From the NCBI GenBank assembly GCA_963767925.1, contig CAVYGB010000006.1, forward strand, positions 1-64,000: 64,000 nt of DNA. Direction: 5' to 3'. Under the pieces are notes generated by a model. The model saw only the letters and a list, made by a program, of their open reading frames with translations. It searched no databases and had not been told where the DNA came from. The translations under genes and the position numbers were made by a program. Position 1 is the stretch's first letter; the number at the start of each line of letters is the position of its first letter. Shown here one piece after another: positions 25,452-35,987 of this stretch. Source of the stretch: an uncultured delta proteobacterium. Lineage in GTDB: Bacteria > Myxococcota_A > Polyangia > Fen-1088.

Positions 25452-26264
25452 ATGACGCTCAAGAACAAGAACGCGGTGATCTATGGGGCGGGCGACTCCC
25501 TGGCTGGAGCGGTCGGTCGCGCGCTGGCGGAGGCGGGTGCCCGGGTGTTTCTCACTGCACGCCGACTGGCCAGTGCCAGGAAGATTGCCGGGGAGATCAC
25601 GGCTGCCGGGGGCCATGCCGAGGCGGAGGAGGTGGACGCGCTCGATGAGCGGGCGGTGAACGACCACGCCGAGGAGGTCGCCCGCGCGGCCGGCAGTCTG
25701 GATATCTCGTTCAATCTCATCAACCTCGCCGACAAGCAGGACGTCCCGCTGGTGAAGATGACCGCGGAGGACTTCGTGCGCCCGGTGCAGACCGCGATGC
25801 TCACGCATTTTCTGACCGCCACCGCGGCAGGACGGATCATGGCCAAGCAGCGCTCGGGGGTCATCTTGACCCTCACCGCCACGCCCGGCGGAATCGGCTA
25901 CCCCCTGGTGGGTGGATTCGGACCGGCCTGCTGCGCGATCGAGGCGTTGTCGACGAACCTCGCTGCCGAACTGGGGCCACTCGGCGTCCGGGTGGTGAAC
26001 ATTCGCTCGGCGGGCTCGCCCGATTCCCGGCCCTTCCGGGAGGCCATCGCCCACGACCCCGATGCCGCGCGGGTGTTCCTCGACAAGATGAAGGCGGACA
26101 CCATGCTCAAGGACCTGCCGTCGATGAAGGAGATCGCCAACGCCGCCGTCTTTCTCGCCTCCGACCTGGCCGGCAAGATCACCGGAGTGACTCTGGACGT
26201 GACGGCCGGCACCACGAGCGCCTTGAACTACAAGGCGCCGCCCATCGCTTTCGTGGAGAGGTAA
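25452..26264 (+). CDS. SDR family oxidoreductase
   Basis: KNAVIYGAGDSLAG, AELGPLGVRVV, AVFLASD..ITG. AGGAGG RBS. Confidence 0.9.
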   Translation: MTLKNKNAVIYGAGDSLAGAVGRALAEAGARVFLTARRLASARKIAGEITAAGGHAEAEEVDALDERAVNDHAEEVARAAGSLDISFNLINLADKQDVPLVKMTAEDFVRPVQTAMLTHFLTATAAGRIMAKQRSGVILTLTATPGGIGYPLVGGFGPACCAIEALSTNLAAELGPLGVRVVNIRSAGSPDSRPFREAIAHDPDAARVFLDKMKADTMLKDLPSMKEIANAAVFLASDLAGKITGVTLDVTAGTTSALNYKAPPIAFVER

Positions 26265-26575
26265 CCGCACGCAACCCGCTCTCAACCCGGTCGAACATCA
26301 CCGCAGGTGCTGGTACCCGGGCTGCGCCGGCGGTCGCCGCCCGGGCTACACCCCCTACAACTTTCGGCGCGCGCCCTTCCGCCCCGCTTCAGATCTCTGG
26401 CACAAACAGAAGCGGCCCACTACCAGCTACTGGAAGCGTGGTTCGCCCAAAGGTCGCTACCTGCCGCACAGACCTGCGAGTGGCGGTGTAATTCGCAAGA
26501 CCAACTCGGCTAGGTCGTCCCGCTGGTCCGGCGAGCGACGGGGCTCCGGTGCGGAGCAGCTCGATCAGCGTCTCT

Positions 26576-26983
26576 TCACCGCAGGAGGTTCGTGCGTGAA
26601 ATGTCGGCGACGATGTCGAAGGCGATCTTCGGAAAGCGCCGTTGCAGCTCGGGGACGCGCGGGATGAGAAACTGATCGGCGACGAGCGGGCTGACCGCGA
26701 TTCGAACCGGCCCGGTCGGCGAGTCTGACACGGCGTGGGCGGCGTCCTGCAGCTCGCGCGTGAGCAGGTCGATGCGCTCGACCAGGGGAAGGATCGCCCG
26801 GGCGACGTCCGTCTCGAGCAGGCCCTCCGGGGTGCGTTCGAACAGGCGCGCGTCGAGCGCCTCCTCGAGCGCGGTCAGACGGCGGCTGACCGTGGAGTGG
26901 TCCACCTTCAGGAGCCGGGCGCCACCCTTGATGGATCCGGCCTGCCGGACCGCGAGGAAGAAGCGCAGATCCTCTGCGTTCAT
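26576..26983 (-). pseudogene. Truncated LysR family regulator
   Basis: LRFFLAV..GSIKGGARLLKVDHSTVSRRL..LFERT. Stops at ~135 aa, at the start of the substrate-binding domain. Confidence 0.8.
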
Positions 26984-26999
26984 GGCGCCCGCGTGGCGG

Positions 27000-27014
27000 G
27001 TGCAACCCGCGCAC
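27000..27014. promoter_or_regulatory. LysR T-N11-A box (GTGC-N7-GCAC)
   Basis: Dyad just upstream of the LysR start, in the divergent intergenic region. Confidence 0.45.
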
Positions 27015-27112
27015 CCCCGGGTTGCAGATTCCCCGTCTCCCGCCGTGGGCATGCGCGGGCCATGTTGGGTCCAGGCCCGAAACGTCTCGGACCCAACGAA
27101 AAGGAGAGGCCC

Positions 27113-27457
27113 ATGCGCTCACTGCTGCTCAACGCACCGATTCTGCCTGGAAAGCTCGATTCATGGAAACGCTTCGTGGCCGGGCTGATCGGCGAGCGGC
27201 ACGATGCCTACCGCGCCGCCATCCGTGACGCTGGACTCGAGCGCCTTCGGGTGTGGCACCGCAAGGGTCCGGACGGATCGAACATGGCCTGCGTCCTCTT
27301 CGAGGGACCTGAGCCGGAACGCTTCCTTGCGGGCGTCGGCACCGGAAGCGACGACTTCTCCGCCTGGTTCCGCGCGGGGCTCGCCGAATCCCACGGTATC
27401 GATCTGTCGGAGCCCCCGCCGCCGCCGCCCGAGCTCGCCATCGATGAGAGCTACTAG
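27113..27457 (+). CDS. Conserved hypothetical protein (PILPGK motif)
   Basis: AAGGAG RBS, protein-like composition, divergent from LysR. Confidence 0.7.
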   Translation: MRSLLLNAPILPGKLDSWKRFVAGLIGERHDAYRAAIRDAGLERLRVWHRKGPDGSNMACVLFEGPEPERFLAGVGTGSDDFSAWFRAGLAESHGIDLSEPPPPPPELAIDESY

Positions 27458-27651
27458 GCCCACCCCCACCTGCGCGCCGGCATCGAGCGGTCGGAGGGCA
27501 TCGACGGCCGCGGACTCACCTTCCTGCTCCCGCGGGGCTGAGCGAGGGACAGAGCGGGCCTTCACAGCGCCGGGAAGGGGCGGATTGACAGCGCCGCTGC
27601 CATCGAGGAGCCTGGGTGGGTGGAGAAGCGGCGAGTAGCTTGGACGTGAAC

Positions 27652-28620
27652 ATGTTGCCCCCCAGGGATCGCATCAAGATCTGCTTTGCGCACGCCGCCT
27701 ACCAGATGGCGGAGCGATTCGAGGCCCGCAACAGCGGGATCGCCCATGTCGAGGTGCGTACGCCCGAGGCGCTGGCCACTCAGCTCCCGCAGTCCGATGT
27801 GCTGGTGGTGTCGATGCTGTGGAAGAACGCACTGGCGGCGGATGCCAGGAGGCTGCGGTTCATCCAGTCGATCAGCGCCGGGGTCGATCAATACGACAAG
27901 GATGTCCTGCGCACGCACGGCATTCGCCTCGCCAGCGCCGCCGGGGTCAACGCCAACGCCGTGGCGGAGCACGCCATCGCTCTGATGCTCGCGTTGAAGC
28001 GCCATCTGCACCTGGGCCGGGACAACCAGACCGCCAGGCGCTGGCGCGGCATGATCTCCGAGATCGCCGCACGGGAGGACGAGCTGGCCGGCAAGGTCCT
28101 GCTGATCGTGGGACTCGGGCGCATCGGCGCCCGGATCGCCAGGCTGGCCAGGGCGTTCGAGATGAAGGTGCTGGCGACTCGACGCAATCCTGCCCGCGGC
28201 GCCGAGGGCGCCGACGCGGTTTTCGGCGACGAGCGGCTGCCCGAGCTGCTCGCGCAGGCCGACATCGTCGTGCTCGCCTGCCCGCTGTCGCCTGCGACGG
28301 AGAACTTGATCGATGCCCGGGCCCTCGGCCTCATGAAGCCATCCGCGCTTTTGATCAACGTCGCCCGCGGACGCGTCGTGGATGAGGACGCCCTGGTCGA
28401 GGCGCTGCAGGGGAGGCGTATCGCCGCGGCTGGCCTCGACGTCACCCGCGATGAGCCGCTGCCCGCGGCGTCTCCGCTGTGGGCCATGCCAAACGTGCTG
28501 ATCACGCCACACACCGCCGGTGAGACCCGGGCCTACGAGGACCGCGTGATCGATCTCCTGCTCACCAACCTCGACCGACTCTGGCGCGGCGAAGCGACTC
28601 TGGTCAATCAGGTGGTGTGA
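27652..28620 (+). CDS. D-2-hydroxyacid dehydrogenase
   Basis: VGLGRIG, LINVARG, LDV..EPLP, ITPHTAG. Confidence 0.93.
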   Translation: MLPPRDRIKICFAHAAYQMAERFEARNSGIAHVEVRTPEALATQLPQSDVLVVSMLWKNALAADARRLRFIQSISAGVDQYDKDVLRTHGIRLASAAGVNANAVAEHAIALMLALKRHLHLGRDNQTARRWRGMISEIAAREDELAGKVLLIVGLGRIGARIARLARAFEMKVLATRRNPARGAEGADAVFGDERLPELLAQADIVVLACPLSPATENLIDARALGLMKPSALLINVARGRVVDEDALVEALQGRRIAAAGLDVTRDEPLPAASPLWAMPNVLITPHTAGETRAYEDRVIDLLLTNLDRLWRGEATLVNQVV

Positions 28621-28679
28621 GCCCTGCCGTTCTGCCGGTGGTGTACCGGCTACACGCCGGGGTCGCTCAGCCACCGGTT

Positions 28680-29231
28680 GCGGGGTTCGCGGCCTGTTCG
28701 TCGAGTCGCGCGGCTCGCGCTCGATCACGCGCAGCAGGGGCAGGCCGAACTCCACCTCGCCGATGATGGTGTATTCCCCGTCCAGGTCGGGCGCGCGGCC
28801 CAGGACGAAGAAGAACGAGGTTCGGGCGCTGTCGACGTCCTTGTCGTCGCGGGCCATGGACACGGTGCCAGCCCGGTGCTTCAGCTTGGAGAGTTCGGCC
28901 GGGATGGGGCGATGGCCTTGCGCTGCTCCGAGGTGAGGGGGGTCTTCCGGTTGGGGGCGTCGGTGATCTGGGCGAGGTAGCCGGGCTCGACCCGGAACAC
29001 GCTGCTCGTGTCGTACACGCCGAGGCGCACCAGCGCGCGGATCTGGGCGGCGTGTCTGGGGGCCACCTCGTCGAACAGTCCAAAGACGATGTCCCCGCGG
29101 GTCGTGTGGAAGACCACGCGCTCGTCGCCCTTCACCGGACCGGCGGGACCCTTGCCGGTGCGGGCGGGCGCGGCCCGCGCGAGTGGCGTGACCAGCGCGA
29201 GCAACAGCAGTCCCCAGGCGAGCGGCCGCAT
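28680..29231 (-). pseudogene. Secreted cyclophilin-type peptidyl-prolyl isomerase (frameshifted, 3' end uncertain)
   Basis: Signal peptide, VAPRH, FRVEPGYLAQ, KHRAGTVSMAR..SARTSFF..LDGEYTIIG. Frameshift near 28905. No native stop seen. Confidence 0.75.
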
Positions 29232-29347
29232 GAGGGGGCCACTATGCCACGTGGCCGGCCAGCACGGGCCGGTGACGTCTTGACGACCGGGGCCGCGCGC
29301 CGGACGGGCGCGTGGTAGACCGACGTTCCCAAGCAAGGGAGGTGTCC

Positions 29348-29827
29348 ATGGCCGCTGGAGTCGTCTCGCGCAAGTTGTCGCTGGTCCTGGTTGTCGCCGC
29401 GCTCGCGGCCGGGTGCAAGAAGGAGCCCGACCGCTGGGAGGAGGCGGCCAAGGCGGCGCCGCCTCCGGTCCCGGCCCAGCCGGAGAAGGCGGGCGCCGCC
29501 TTCAACAAGGTCTTCCCCGCCGATGGCGTGGAGGGGTACCGGCGGGTCTTCACCCAGGAGAAAGAAGGCTTCGCCGAGGCCAAGCTGCAGAAGGACGGCA
29601 AGGACGTGGCGGTGCTGGCCATCAGCGACGTCACCAGCGACCCGACCGCCCGGGGCAAGTTCAGCCAGGCCGCCGATCGCCTCGGCAGCTACCCGCTGGT
29701 GACGGTGGGCAAGAACCAGTCGGCCCTGCTGGTCAAGGACCGTTTCCAGGTGAAGGTATCGTCACCGATACTGGGGCCCGACCAGCGCAAGTCGCTGCTC
29801 GCGAAGTTCGATCTGGCCGCACTGTGA
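29348..29827 (+). CDS. Hypothetical lipoprotein
   Basis: Lipobox LAAGC, strong high-GC codon pattern, GGAGG RBS. Confidence 0.8.
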   Translation: MAAGVVSRKLSLVLVVAALAAGCKKEPDRWEEAAKAAPPPVPAQPEKAGAAFNKVFPADGVEGYRRVFTQEKEGFAEAKLQKDGKDVAVLAISDVTSDPTARGKFSQAADRLGSYPLVTVGKNQSALLVKDRFQVKVSSPILGPDQRKSLLAKFDLAAL

Positions 29828-29839
29828 ACGGAGACCACC

Positions 29840-30703
29840 ATGGCTGAAGATCTTCACGAGTTGCTGCAGCGTCTGCCTTCGTCCAACCTGACCACCCGCC
29901 TGCTGGGCCTCCTCGACAAGGTCGTGCCGGGGGAATGGCAAAACGTCACCAACTTCGAGGCCATGATCAAGCTGGTCACCGGCGAGGAGGACCAGGGCCT
30001 GATCCAGCAGGTGGGCGAGAAGGCCGTCGCTCTCTACAAGGACCCGCAGCAGGGGTATCAGCGCGCGGTCTCGGTGTTCAAGCTGGTGGACAACGCCCAG
30101 GGGATGGCGGGCTTCGCGGCGCTGGCCAACAAGTTCAGCTTCCTGGAGGGCATCACCCCGAAGTCCGACGTCACGCAGGCCATCGACGCGGGAATCAAGC
30201 TGGTGGCCGAGATGACGACCTTCTGCCTGGTCAACGGCATCCCGGGCGACAGCGTCGGGGACTTCGCCCGGTCCTTCGTGAATGGTGAGAAGGAAGACCG
30301 GATGCGGCTGGCCGCGTGGGCGGCGTACGACGGGCTGCTGCCGCTGGGTCCGGACTTCCTGTCGCGCATCATCGACGGGGTGAAGGCGCTGTCGACGGAC
30401 CAGCTCGCTGGCAACGGGCGCTTCGCGCGCATCGCCGCCTTCTTGCCGGGCGGGCTGCCGGAGAAGAAGAAGTTGCTGGAGGGGACGCTGGAGGCGGCCA
30501 GGGGCGGGGTGGCGTCGTTCGTGGCCGACCGCGGCCTGACCCAGAAGTCGTTGCTGGACCAGGTCAGCGCGATCGTGAAGGTGAACGACAACCGCCTCGA
30601 CTACGTCGCCGCGGTGCTGGACATGGCCACCAACTACTTCGAGCACACCGGCATCCAGAGCGTGGCCCGCCGGGTGATCTCCCGCGCCTACGGCGAGATC
30701 TAG
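29840..30703 (+). CDS. Conserved hypothetical protein
   Basis: 287-aa ORF with GGAG RBS, 12 bp after the lipoprotein gene. Confidence 0.85.
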   Translation: MAEDLHELLQRLPSSNLTTRLLGLLDKVVPGEWQNVTNFEAMIKLVTGEEDQGLIQQVGEKAVALYKDPQQGYQRAVSVFKLVDNAQGMAGFAALANKFSFLEGITPKSDVTQAIDAGIKLVAEMTTFCLVNGIPGDSVGDFARSFVNGEKEDRMRLAAWAAYDGLLPLGPDFLSRIIDGVKALSTDQLAGNGRFARIAAFLPGGLPEKKKLLEGTLEAARGGVASFVADRGLTQKSLLDQVSAIVKVNDNRLDYVAAVLDMATNYFEHTGIQSVARRVISRAYGEI

Positions 30704-30896
30704 CCAACGCGGGTTGGCCCGCGCTCCAGTGAGCGCCGCTTCATCCGGGGCCTTCTCTGATGGCGGCGGACGTGTTCGAGAACAACAACACCCAGTACGT
30801 TTACCTGAACTGTCATCTCTCGGCGCCGAGCGGGATTGGCCCCTCGAGGCTGATCAACTACGTCGTCACCACCCGCTGACCGGGGCGCCCCCGGGT

Positions 30897-30962
30897 CCAC
30901 CTCTCCTCGCTCGGCTCGACTCGACTCGGCTCCGCTCCGCTCCGCTCGGCGGGGAGAGGTGG
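30897..30962. repeat. REP-like hairpin with pentamer microsatellite loop
   Basis: CCACCTCTCCTCGC ... GCGGGGAGAGGTGG stem; loop of CTCGG/CTCGA/CTCCG units. Confidence 0.7.
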
Positions 30963-30994
30963 GGGTTTCCTTCGCTGCGGGCCTCGGTGCTAAG

Positions 30995-31807
30995 GTGCCG
31001 CCCTTGCAACCGGCGGCGTACCTCCAGCGGATCGGGCATCGGGGACCGCTCGAGCCGACCCTCGACACCCTCCGGCGCCTGCACCTCGCCCACCTGACCA
31101 GCGTCCCCTTCGAGAACCTCGACATCCACCTGGGCCGGCCCATCGCGCTCGACCGGGCGGCCTGGTTCCGGAAGATCGTGGCGGGCCGGCGGGGCGGCTT
31201 CTGCTACGAGCTCAACGGGCTCTTCGCCTGGCTGCTCCGGGAGCTGAGCTTCGAGGTCACCTTGCTGTCCGCCCGGGTGGCGTCGCAGCCGGGCGTCTTC
31301 GGCGCCGAGTTCGACCACCTCGCGCTACAAGTGGATCTCTCCGGCGGGCGCTGGCTGGCCGACGTCGGCTTCGGGCGCTCGTTCCTCGAGCCGCTGTCGC
31401 TCGACGCTCCCTCGGAGAGCGAGGCCGAGGGCCGACACTACCGCGTGGTGCCCGGCAACCCGGACTGGACCGTCGAGCACCGCCTGGGCGGCGCTCCGCC
31501 CCAGCCCGACTACCGGTTCACCCTCACCGCCCGCCAGGTCGACGATTTCGCCGGCATGTGCCGGTACCACCAGACCTCGCCGGACTCCCCCTTCCCGAAA
31601 AAACGCGTCTGCACCCGGGCGACCGCCGGCGGCCGCATCACCTTCCTCGACGGCGCCTTCCTCGAGGACCGGGACGGCGCCCACAGCGAGCGCGCGCTGA
31701 CCGAAGAGGAGGTCGGCCCCCTCCTGCGCGAACGCTTCGGCCTGCCCCTCACCGACGACGAGGTCCGGGGCTGGTCGCGCCCGAAGGGCCTGCCGGCGCC
31801 TGGTTGA
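30995..31807 (+). CDS. Arylamine N-acetyltransferase
   Basis: PFENLDI, RRGGFCYELNGLF (Cys), DHLAL (His), LADVGFG (Asp). Confidence 0.93.
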   Translation: MPPLQPAAYLQRIGHRGPLEPTLDTLRRLHLAHLTSVPFENLDIHLGRPIALDRAAWFRKIVAGRRGGFCYELNGLFAWLLRELSFEVTLLSARVASQPGVFGAEFDHLALQVDLSGGRWLADVGFGRSFLEPLSLDAPSESEAEGRHYRVVPGNPDWTVEHRLGGAPPQPDYRFTLTARQVDDFAGMCRYHQTSPDSPFPKKRVCTRATAGGRITFLDGAFLEDRDGAHSERALTEEEVGPLLRERFGLPLTDDEVRGWSRPKGLPAPG

Positions 31808-31905
31808 AGCCGCCGCGGGGAGCCTTCAGGGCCGCGCTGGTTCGAAGCCGCCGCCGGGCCAGGAGGCTTCGGGGCCGCGCTGGAACGTGCGGACCGGGAG
31901 TCGGA

Positions 31906-32913
31906 TCAGGGGATGGGGCTCTTGACGTTGAACCGGTCGGTCGAGCCCTTCTGGTAGAGGCGGATGTTCTTGAAGCTGGCCCGGCAGACCGAGGCGCCGT
32001 CGCAGTGGTAGGTCCCGAACTTGAAGTACCACAGGGCGTTCTTTTCCTTCTGGGTGGTCACCTTCAGGCAGTTGTTGAGCCAGATGCGGCCCAGCCCGGT
32101 CGGGATGTCGAAGGCGACCTTGATGTTGATCCACTTGCCATTGACGTTGCTGGCGACGGTGCCGGCCCGGTCGCGCATGGTCCCGCCGTTCACCTGGAGG
32201 TAGGTGCCGATGTTGCCGCCGCGGGTGCCGGCGGACTTGAATTGCTGGACGACGGTGCCGCTGGTGCCGGGTTCGACCATCACGTCGGCGGAGAAGAGGT
32301 GCTCGCCGGTGCCCAGGTCCGAGAAGCGGGTCTCGGTGCGGGGCTTCGTGTTGTTGTTGGGCTTGTGCGGCTGGTCGCCGGGCAAGACCCAAACGGTGTA
32401 GACGCCGTCTTCGTACTTGAAGCGATCCCTGGCGGCCAGGTCGCGCGGGCGCTGGACGACGAAGGAGTCCTTGTATTCGGTGAACCCCGCGGTCGGGTCC
32501 TCGGGGCAGTCCATCGCGACGAGGGGCGGCACCGGGTTCGTCGTGTAGGCGAGCGGGATGAGCGGCTGCTGGCCGACGCCGCCGTAGTCGACGGGTCCGC
32601 TCGGCGGGGTGGTCCCGGAGCCCGCGGTCGAGCCGCCGGCGGCGGCCGGCGGCCCACCGGCGCCGGTGTCGGGGCTGCCCGCGCCCGCCGGCCCGCCGCC
32701 GGCGCCGCCCGCCGGACCTTCCGTGCCGCCGGCCCCTGCCGAGCCGTTCGCGCCCCCCGGGACGGAGCCCGGCGAGGTGCCGCCCGACCCGGCCTGACCC
32801 CCGGCTCCCGCCGAAGGTCTGGGCCCGAGCGCCTCCCCCGTCGAGCAGCCGAGGAGAAGGCCCAGGGCCGCGATTCCGAGGGCCGCTCCTGCTCGGAGGA
32901 CGGCCGGCCCCAT
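31906..32913 (-). CDS. Lipoprotein with Gly-rich linker and PL7/citrate-binding-protein-like domain
   Basis: LLLGC lipobox. DPTAGFTE..QRP..PRTETRF..QQFK..YFKFGTY. TGATG-coupled to DUF1552. Confidence 0.75.
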   Translation of the reverse strand: MGPAVLRAGAALGIAALGLLLGCSTGEALGPRPSAGAGGQAGSGGTSPGSVPGGANGSAGAGGTEGPAGGAGGGPAGAGSPDTGAGGPPAAAGGSTAGSGTTPPSGPVDYGGVGQQPLIPLAYTTNPVPPLVAMDCPEDPTAGFTEYKDSFVVQRPRDLAARDRFKYEDGVYTVWVLPGDQPHKPNNNTKPRTETRFSDLGTGEHLFSADVMVEPGTSGTVVQQFKSAGTRGGNIGTYLQVNGGTMRDRAGTVASNVNGKWINIKVAFDIPTGLGRIWLNNCLKVTTQKEKNALWYFKFGTYHCDGASVCRASFKNIRLYQKGSTDRFNVKSPIP

Positions 32914-34260
32914 CAGGCGCGCAACCCGGGCCAGGGCTTTCCGTAGCCCGGATCGCCCCACGACTCCATGGGGACGCCCAGGGCGCCGGCCACGTCGGCC
33001 AGCACGCCGTTGAGGGGCTTTCCGGCGCTGAGGGCGCATTGACCCGTCCGGAAGTAGCCGCCGCCCTGCCCGGCCAGGATCCAGGGCTGCTTGTGGCTGT
33101 TGTGGTTCTGGCCGTCTTCCATGTGATTGGTCATCAGCACGACGGTGTTCGACAGCATGGTGCCGCCCTCTTCGGGGATGGCCTTCAGGCGGGCGATGAG
33201 CCCGGCGAGCTGGGTCATGCACCACTTGTCGGCGATGCGCTTGTGGTCGGTCCCGCCGAGGATCGGGTTGTGCCCGAGGTCGTGCCAGTTGCGCAGGCGC
33301 GTGTGAAAGCCGGCGCCCTCGCTCGGGGATCTCGGGCAGGAAGTTCCAGGGCAGGTTGGCCCCGCCGGCGTCGACCATCTGCAGGGCCGCCACCCGCGTG
33401 ACGTCGCACTTCAACGCCGCCACCATCAGGTCGAAGTTCACGTTGAGCGTCGCCGGATAGTTGATCGGAGCGGTGGCGTCCTTGGGCATCAACATCGCCC
33501 CGCCGCACATCGAGACGTCGGCCCGCACCAGCAGCAGGTCCCGCTCGAGATCGCGGATCGCGGACATGTGCCCGCGAACGATGTCGCCGTCCTCCTTGCC
33601 CACCCGGACGGCGAAGGTATCGAGGTCCCGGCCGACGTAGTCGAGGATGCTCTTCTTCTGGGCCAGCAGCCGCGCCACCGCGGGATCGGGCCCGGTGGGC
33701 TGGGCCCCGGCCCCGGCGAACACCCGGGCGTAGGTCTTCCAGGGATCCTGCTCGGGGACCACGATCTGGTCCTTGCCCTTGGCGAAGCAATAGCGGGAGT
33801 TGGCCCCCTCCCCCATGATGCCCTTGTCCGACAGGATGCCGAGGTTGAGGGTGGCCATCGGCAGGTTGTTCGGCTTGGCCAGGGCCGGGCCGACAACCTG
33901 ATCGAAGGTGGCGGAGGTCGGCACGCGGTACTCCCGGACGCCGCTGTTCGAGGTCGCCAGGTGGTTGGGGAAAGAGCCGTGTCCCCCACCGGTGAAGCTG
34001 GGGTGGGTCAGGCCGGGCAGGAAGATCAGATCCGCCTTGTGCGGCTCGAGCGGGCTGGTGGAGTCGGGCAGGGTCTGGCCCAGCAAGGACCCGTCCATGG
34101 GTCGCCAGAACGGCTGGCGATACCCTTCCGTGCTGGCGACGATGATCAGCCGCCTGGGCGCCGCGGCCGCAGCCTGCCCCGACCGCAGCAGCGGCAGGCA
34201 GCCCATGCCCACGCCCAGGGCCTTCAGCACGTCGCGGCGGCGCGTCTCACAGGTCTTCAT
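32913..34260 (-). CDS. DUF1552 family Tat-exported protein (frameshift near 33315)
   Basis: TRRRDVLK Tat signal, KKSILDYV, LKCDVTRVA, HDLGHNP. Paralog of 61270-62646. Confidence 0.88.
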
Positions 34261-35987
34261 GGCAGCACCTCTCCGGCGGCAGGGGTCCTTCGCGTGAATG
34301 CATCGCTGCTGACGATGGCGACGAGCAGCTCGCGCAGGTCGTAGGACGAGTCGCGAAACGCCTTCTGAACGCCCTCCAGCGACGGCAGGTCTCCCCGCGT
34401 CTCCTCGCGGCGTATCAGGTACCGCATCCACTGGGTCGCCATGCAGGCGCGCACCTCGTCCGAAGCGGCGAGCGCGGGCAACATCTCGACCGCGTCCTTG
34501 AAGGTCACCGGGCCGGAGCCCAGGAGCAGGGTGCCGCTGGCATCGACCGGCTGCCCGTTGTCGGTGGTGCGGTAGCGGCCGATGCCGTCGTAGTTCTCGA
34601 AGGCGAAGCCGAGGGGATCGAACATCACGTGGCACCCGGCGCAGGGGTTCTTCGAGTGCTCCTCGAAGCGCTGGCGGGTGGTCACCCCCGGGCTCGGCGG
34701 CTTGACGTCCGGGACGACGACGTCGGGGGGCAGGTCGATCTCGTGGCAGAGGACCCGCCGCGCGATCTCGGCGCCGCGCCGGGTGGGGAAAGATCCCTCG
34801 GAGTCGCCGTGCATGGTCAAGAAGGTGAGCTGGGTGAACAACCCCGCCCGCTGCTTCGGGTCCAGGGTCACGGGGGCCAGCGCCTGGCCGGTGACGCCCG
34901 GGATCCCGTAGAGCTTGGCCAGGGTCTCGTCGACGTAGGTCCGGTTCGAGGTGAAGAGCTGATCCATCCGACCGGTGGCTCTCGGCCCCATGAAGATGTC
35001 GGCGACGAAGGCGGCCGTCTCGGCCAGCATGGCCTTGCCGACCTCGGGGGTGAAGTTCAGCGCGGTCGCCTTCTGGGCGGAGACGACCGGCGCCAGGTTC
35101 AACCACTGGGCGGCGAAGTCCGCGTAGACGTCCTTGGCCTTGGGATGAACCAGCAGCCGGCGGGCCTCCTCCTGGATCGACTGGGAGGTCTGCAGCTTGC
35201 CGGCGTCGGCGAGGGCGAACAGACGCTCGTCCGGCATGGAGGCCCAGAAGGAGTAGGACAGCCGCGAGGCCATCTCGTACGAGTTGAACCGGACGAACTT
35301 TCCGTCCCGGAGGGCGGCCCCGGGCGCCAGCTCTCTTCGATAGAGGAAGTTCGGCGACTGCAACAGGGCCATGGTCACGCCGACGATGGCCTCGGAGAAG
35401 GTGGCCCCCGCGGCCGGCTCCCGTTGTGCCTGATACAGCCCGAGCCAGCGCGTCACCTCTTCGTCGACCAGCGGCCGGCGGAAGGCGCGACGGCCGAACT
35501 GGACGATGAACGCGCGCGCGCAGGGCTCGGCGGCGGCGGCGTCCTCGAGACAGGGGACCTGGCGGGCCAGGTTGGGCAGCGCGGCCTGGGCCAGCCGCTC
35601 GGCGCCATCCAGCAGCCTGCGCGCGTCCGTGGCGGTCGTGATCGCCGCGCCGGTCGTGTAGCCGGACGTCCGGGCCTGCTGATCCCCGGCGAGCTCCAGC
35701 GTCGGAGCGTTGTCGACCCCCAGGAGGTCCCGGAGGGTGTTCCGGTACTCCAGCAGAGTCAGCCGGCGGAGCTGGGAGGCTCCGGGCTCGCTGTTCACGG
35801 GCGCCGGCGGGAGGTTCCCGGCCCCCGGCGCCGAGGGGCTGCCAGGACCAGGACCGGCCCCGGGGCCGGTGGACAGCGAGGGCCCACCGAGGATGTCTCC
35901 CGTGCAGCCCAGGAGGAGCAGAGACACCGCGAGGGGGGCTCCGGGGAGAACAGAACCAGCAGCTAGCGTTCGGCCCAGATTCGCCAT
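34257..35987 (-). CDS. DUF1592/DUF1588/DUF1587/DUF1595/DUF1585 lipoprotein with CxxCH
   Basis: LLLGC, LRRLT..EYRNT, AFRRPL, LQSPNFLYR, ASRLSY, CAGCH..DPLGFAFENYDGIGRYR. Confidence 0.92.
   Translation of the reverse strand: MANLGRTLAAGSVLPGAPLAVSLLLLGCTGDILGGPSLSTGPGAGPGPGSPSAPGAGNLPPAPVNSEPGASQLRRLTLLEYRNTLRDLLGVDNAPTLELAGDQQARTSGYTTGAAITTATDARRLLDGAERLAQAALPNLARQVPCLEDAAAAEPCARAFIVQFGRRAFRRPLVDEEVTRWLGLYQAQREPAAGATFSEAIVGVTMALLQSPNFLYRRELAPGAALRDGKFVRFNSYEMASRLSYSFWASMPDERLFALADAGKLQTSQSIQEEARRLLVHPKAKDVYADFAAQWLNLAPVVSAQKATALNFTPEVGKAMLAETAAFVADIFMGPRATGRMDQLFTSNRTYVDETLAKLYGIPGVTGQALAPVTLDPKQRAGLFTQLTFLTMHGDSEGSFPTRRGAEIARRVLCHEIDLPPDVVVPDVKPPSPGVTTRQRFEEHSKNPCAGCHVMFDPLGFAFENYDGIGRYRTTDNGQPVDASGTLLLGSGPVTFKDAVEMLPALAASDEVRACMATQWMRYLIRREETRGDLPSLEGVQKAFRDSSYDLRELLVAIVSSDAFTRRTPAAGEVLP

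Noticed and set aside
30760..30879. 39-codon ORF MAADVFENNNTQYVYLNCHL...
   Set aside because: Protein-like but lacks an RBS and is too short to assign. It may be a gene remnant beside a REP.
31906..35106. 1066-aa ORF suggesting a DUF1552-PL7 fusion
   Set aside because: A frameshift near 33315 bridges two genes. The intact paralog at 61270 and the TGATG junction with a new lipoprotein signal at 32913 show they are separate.
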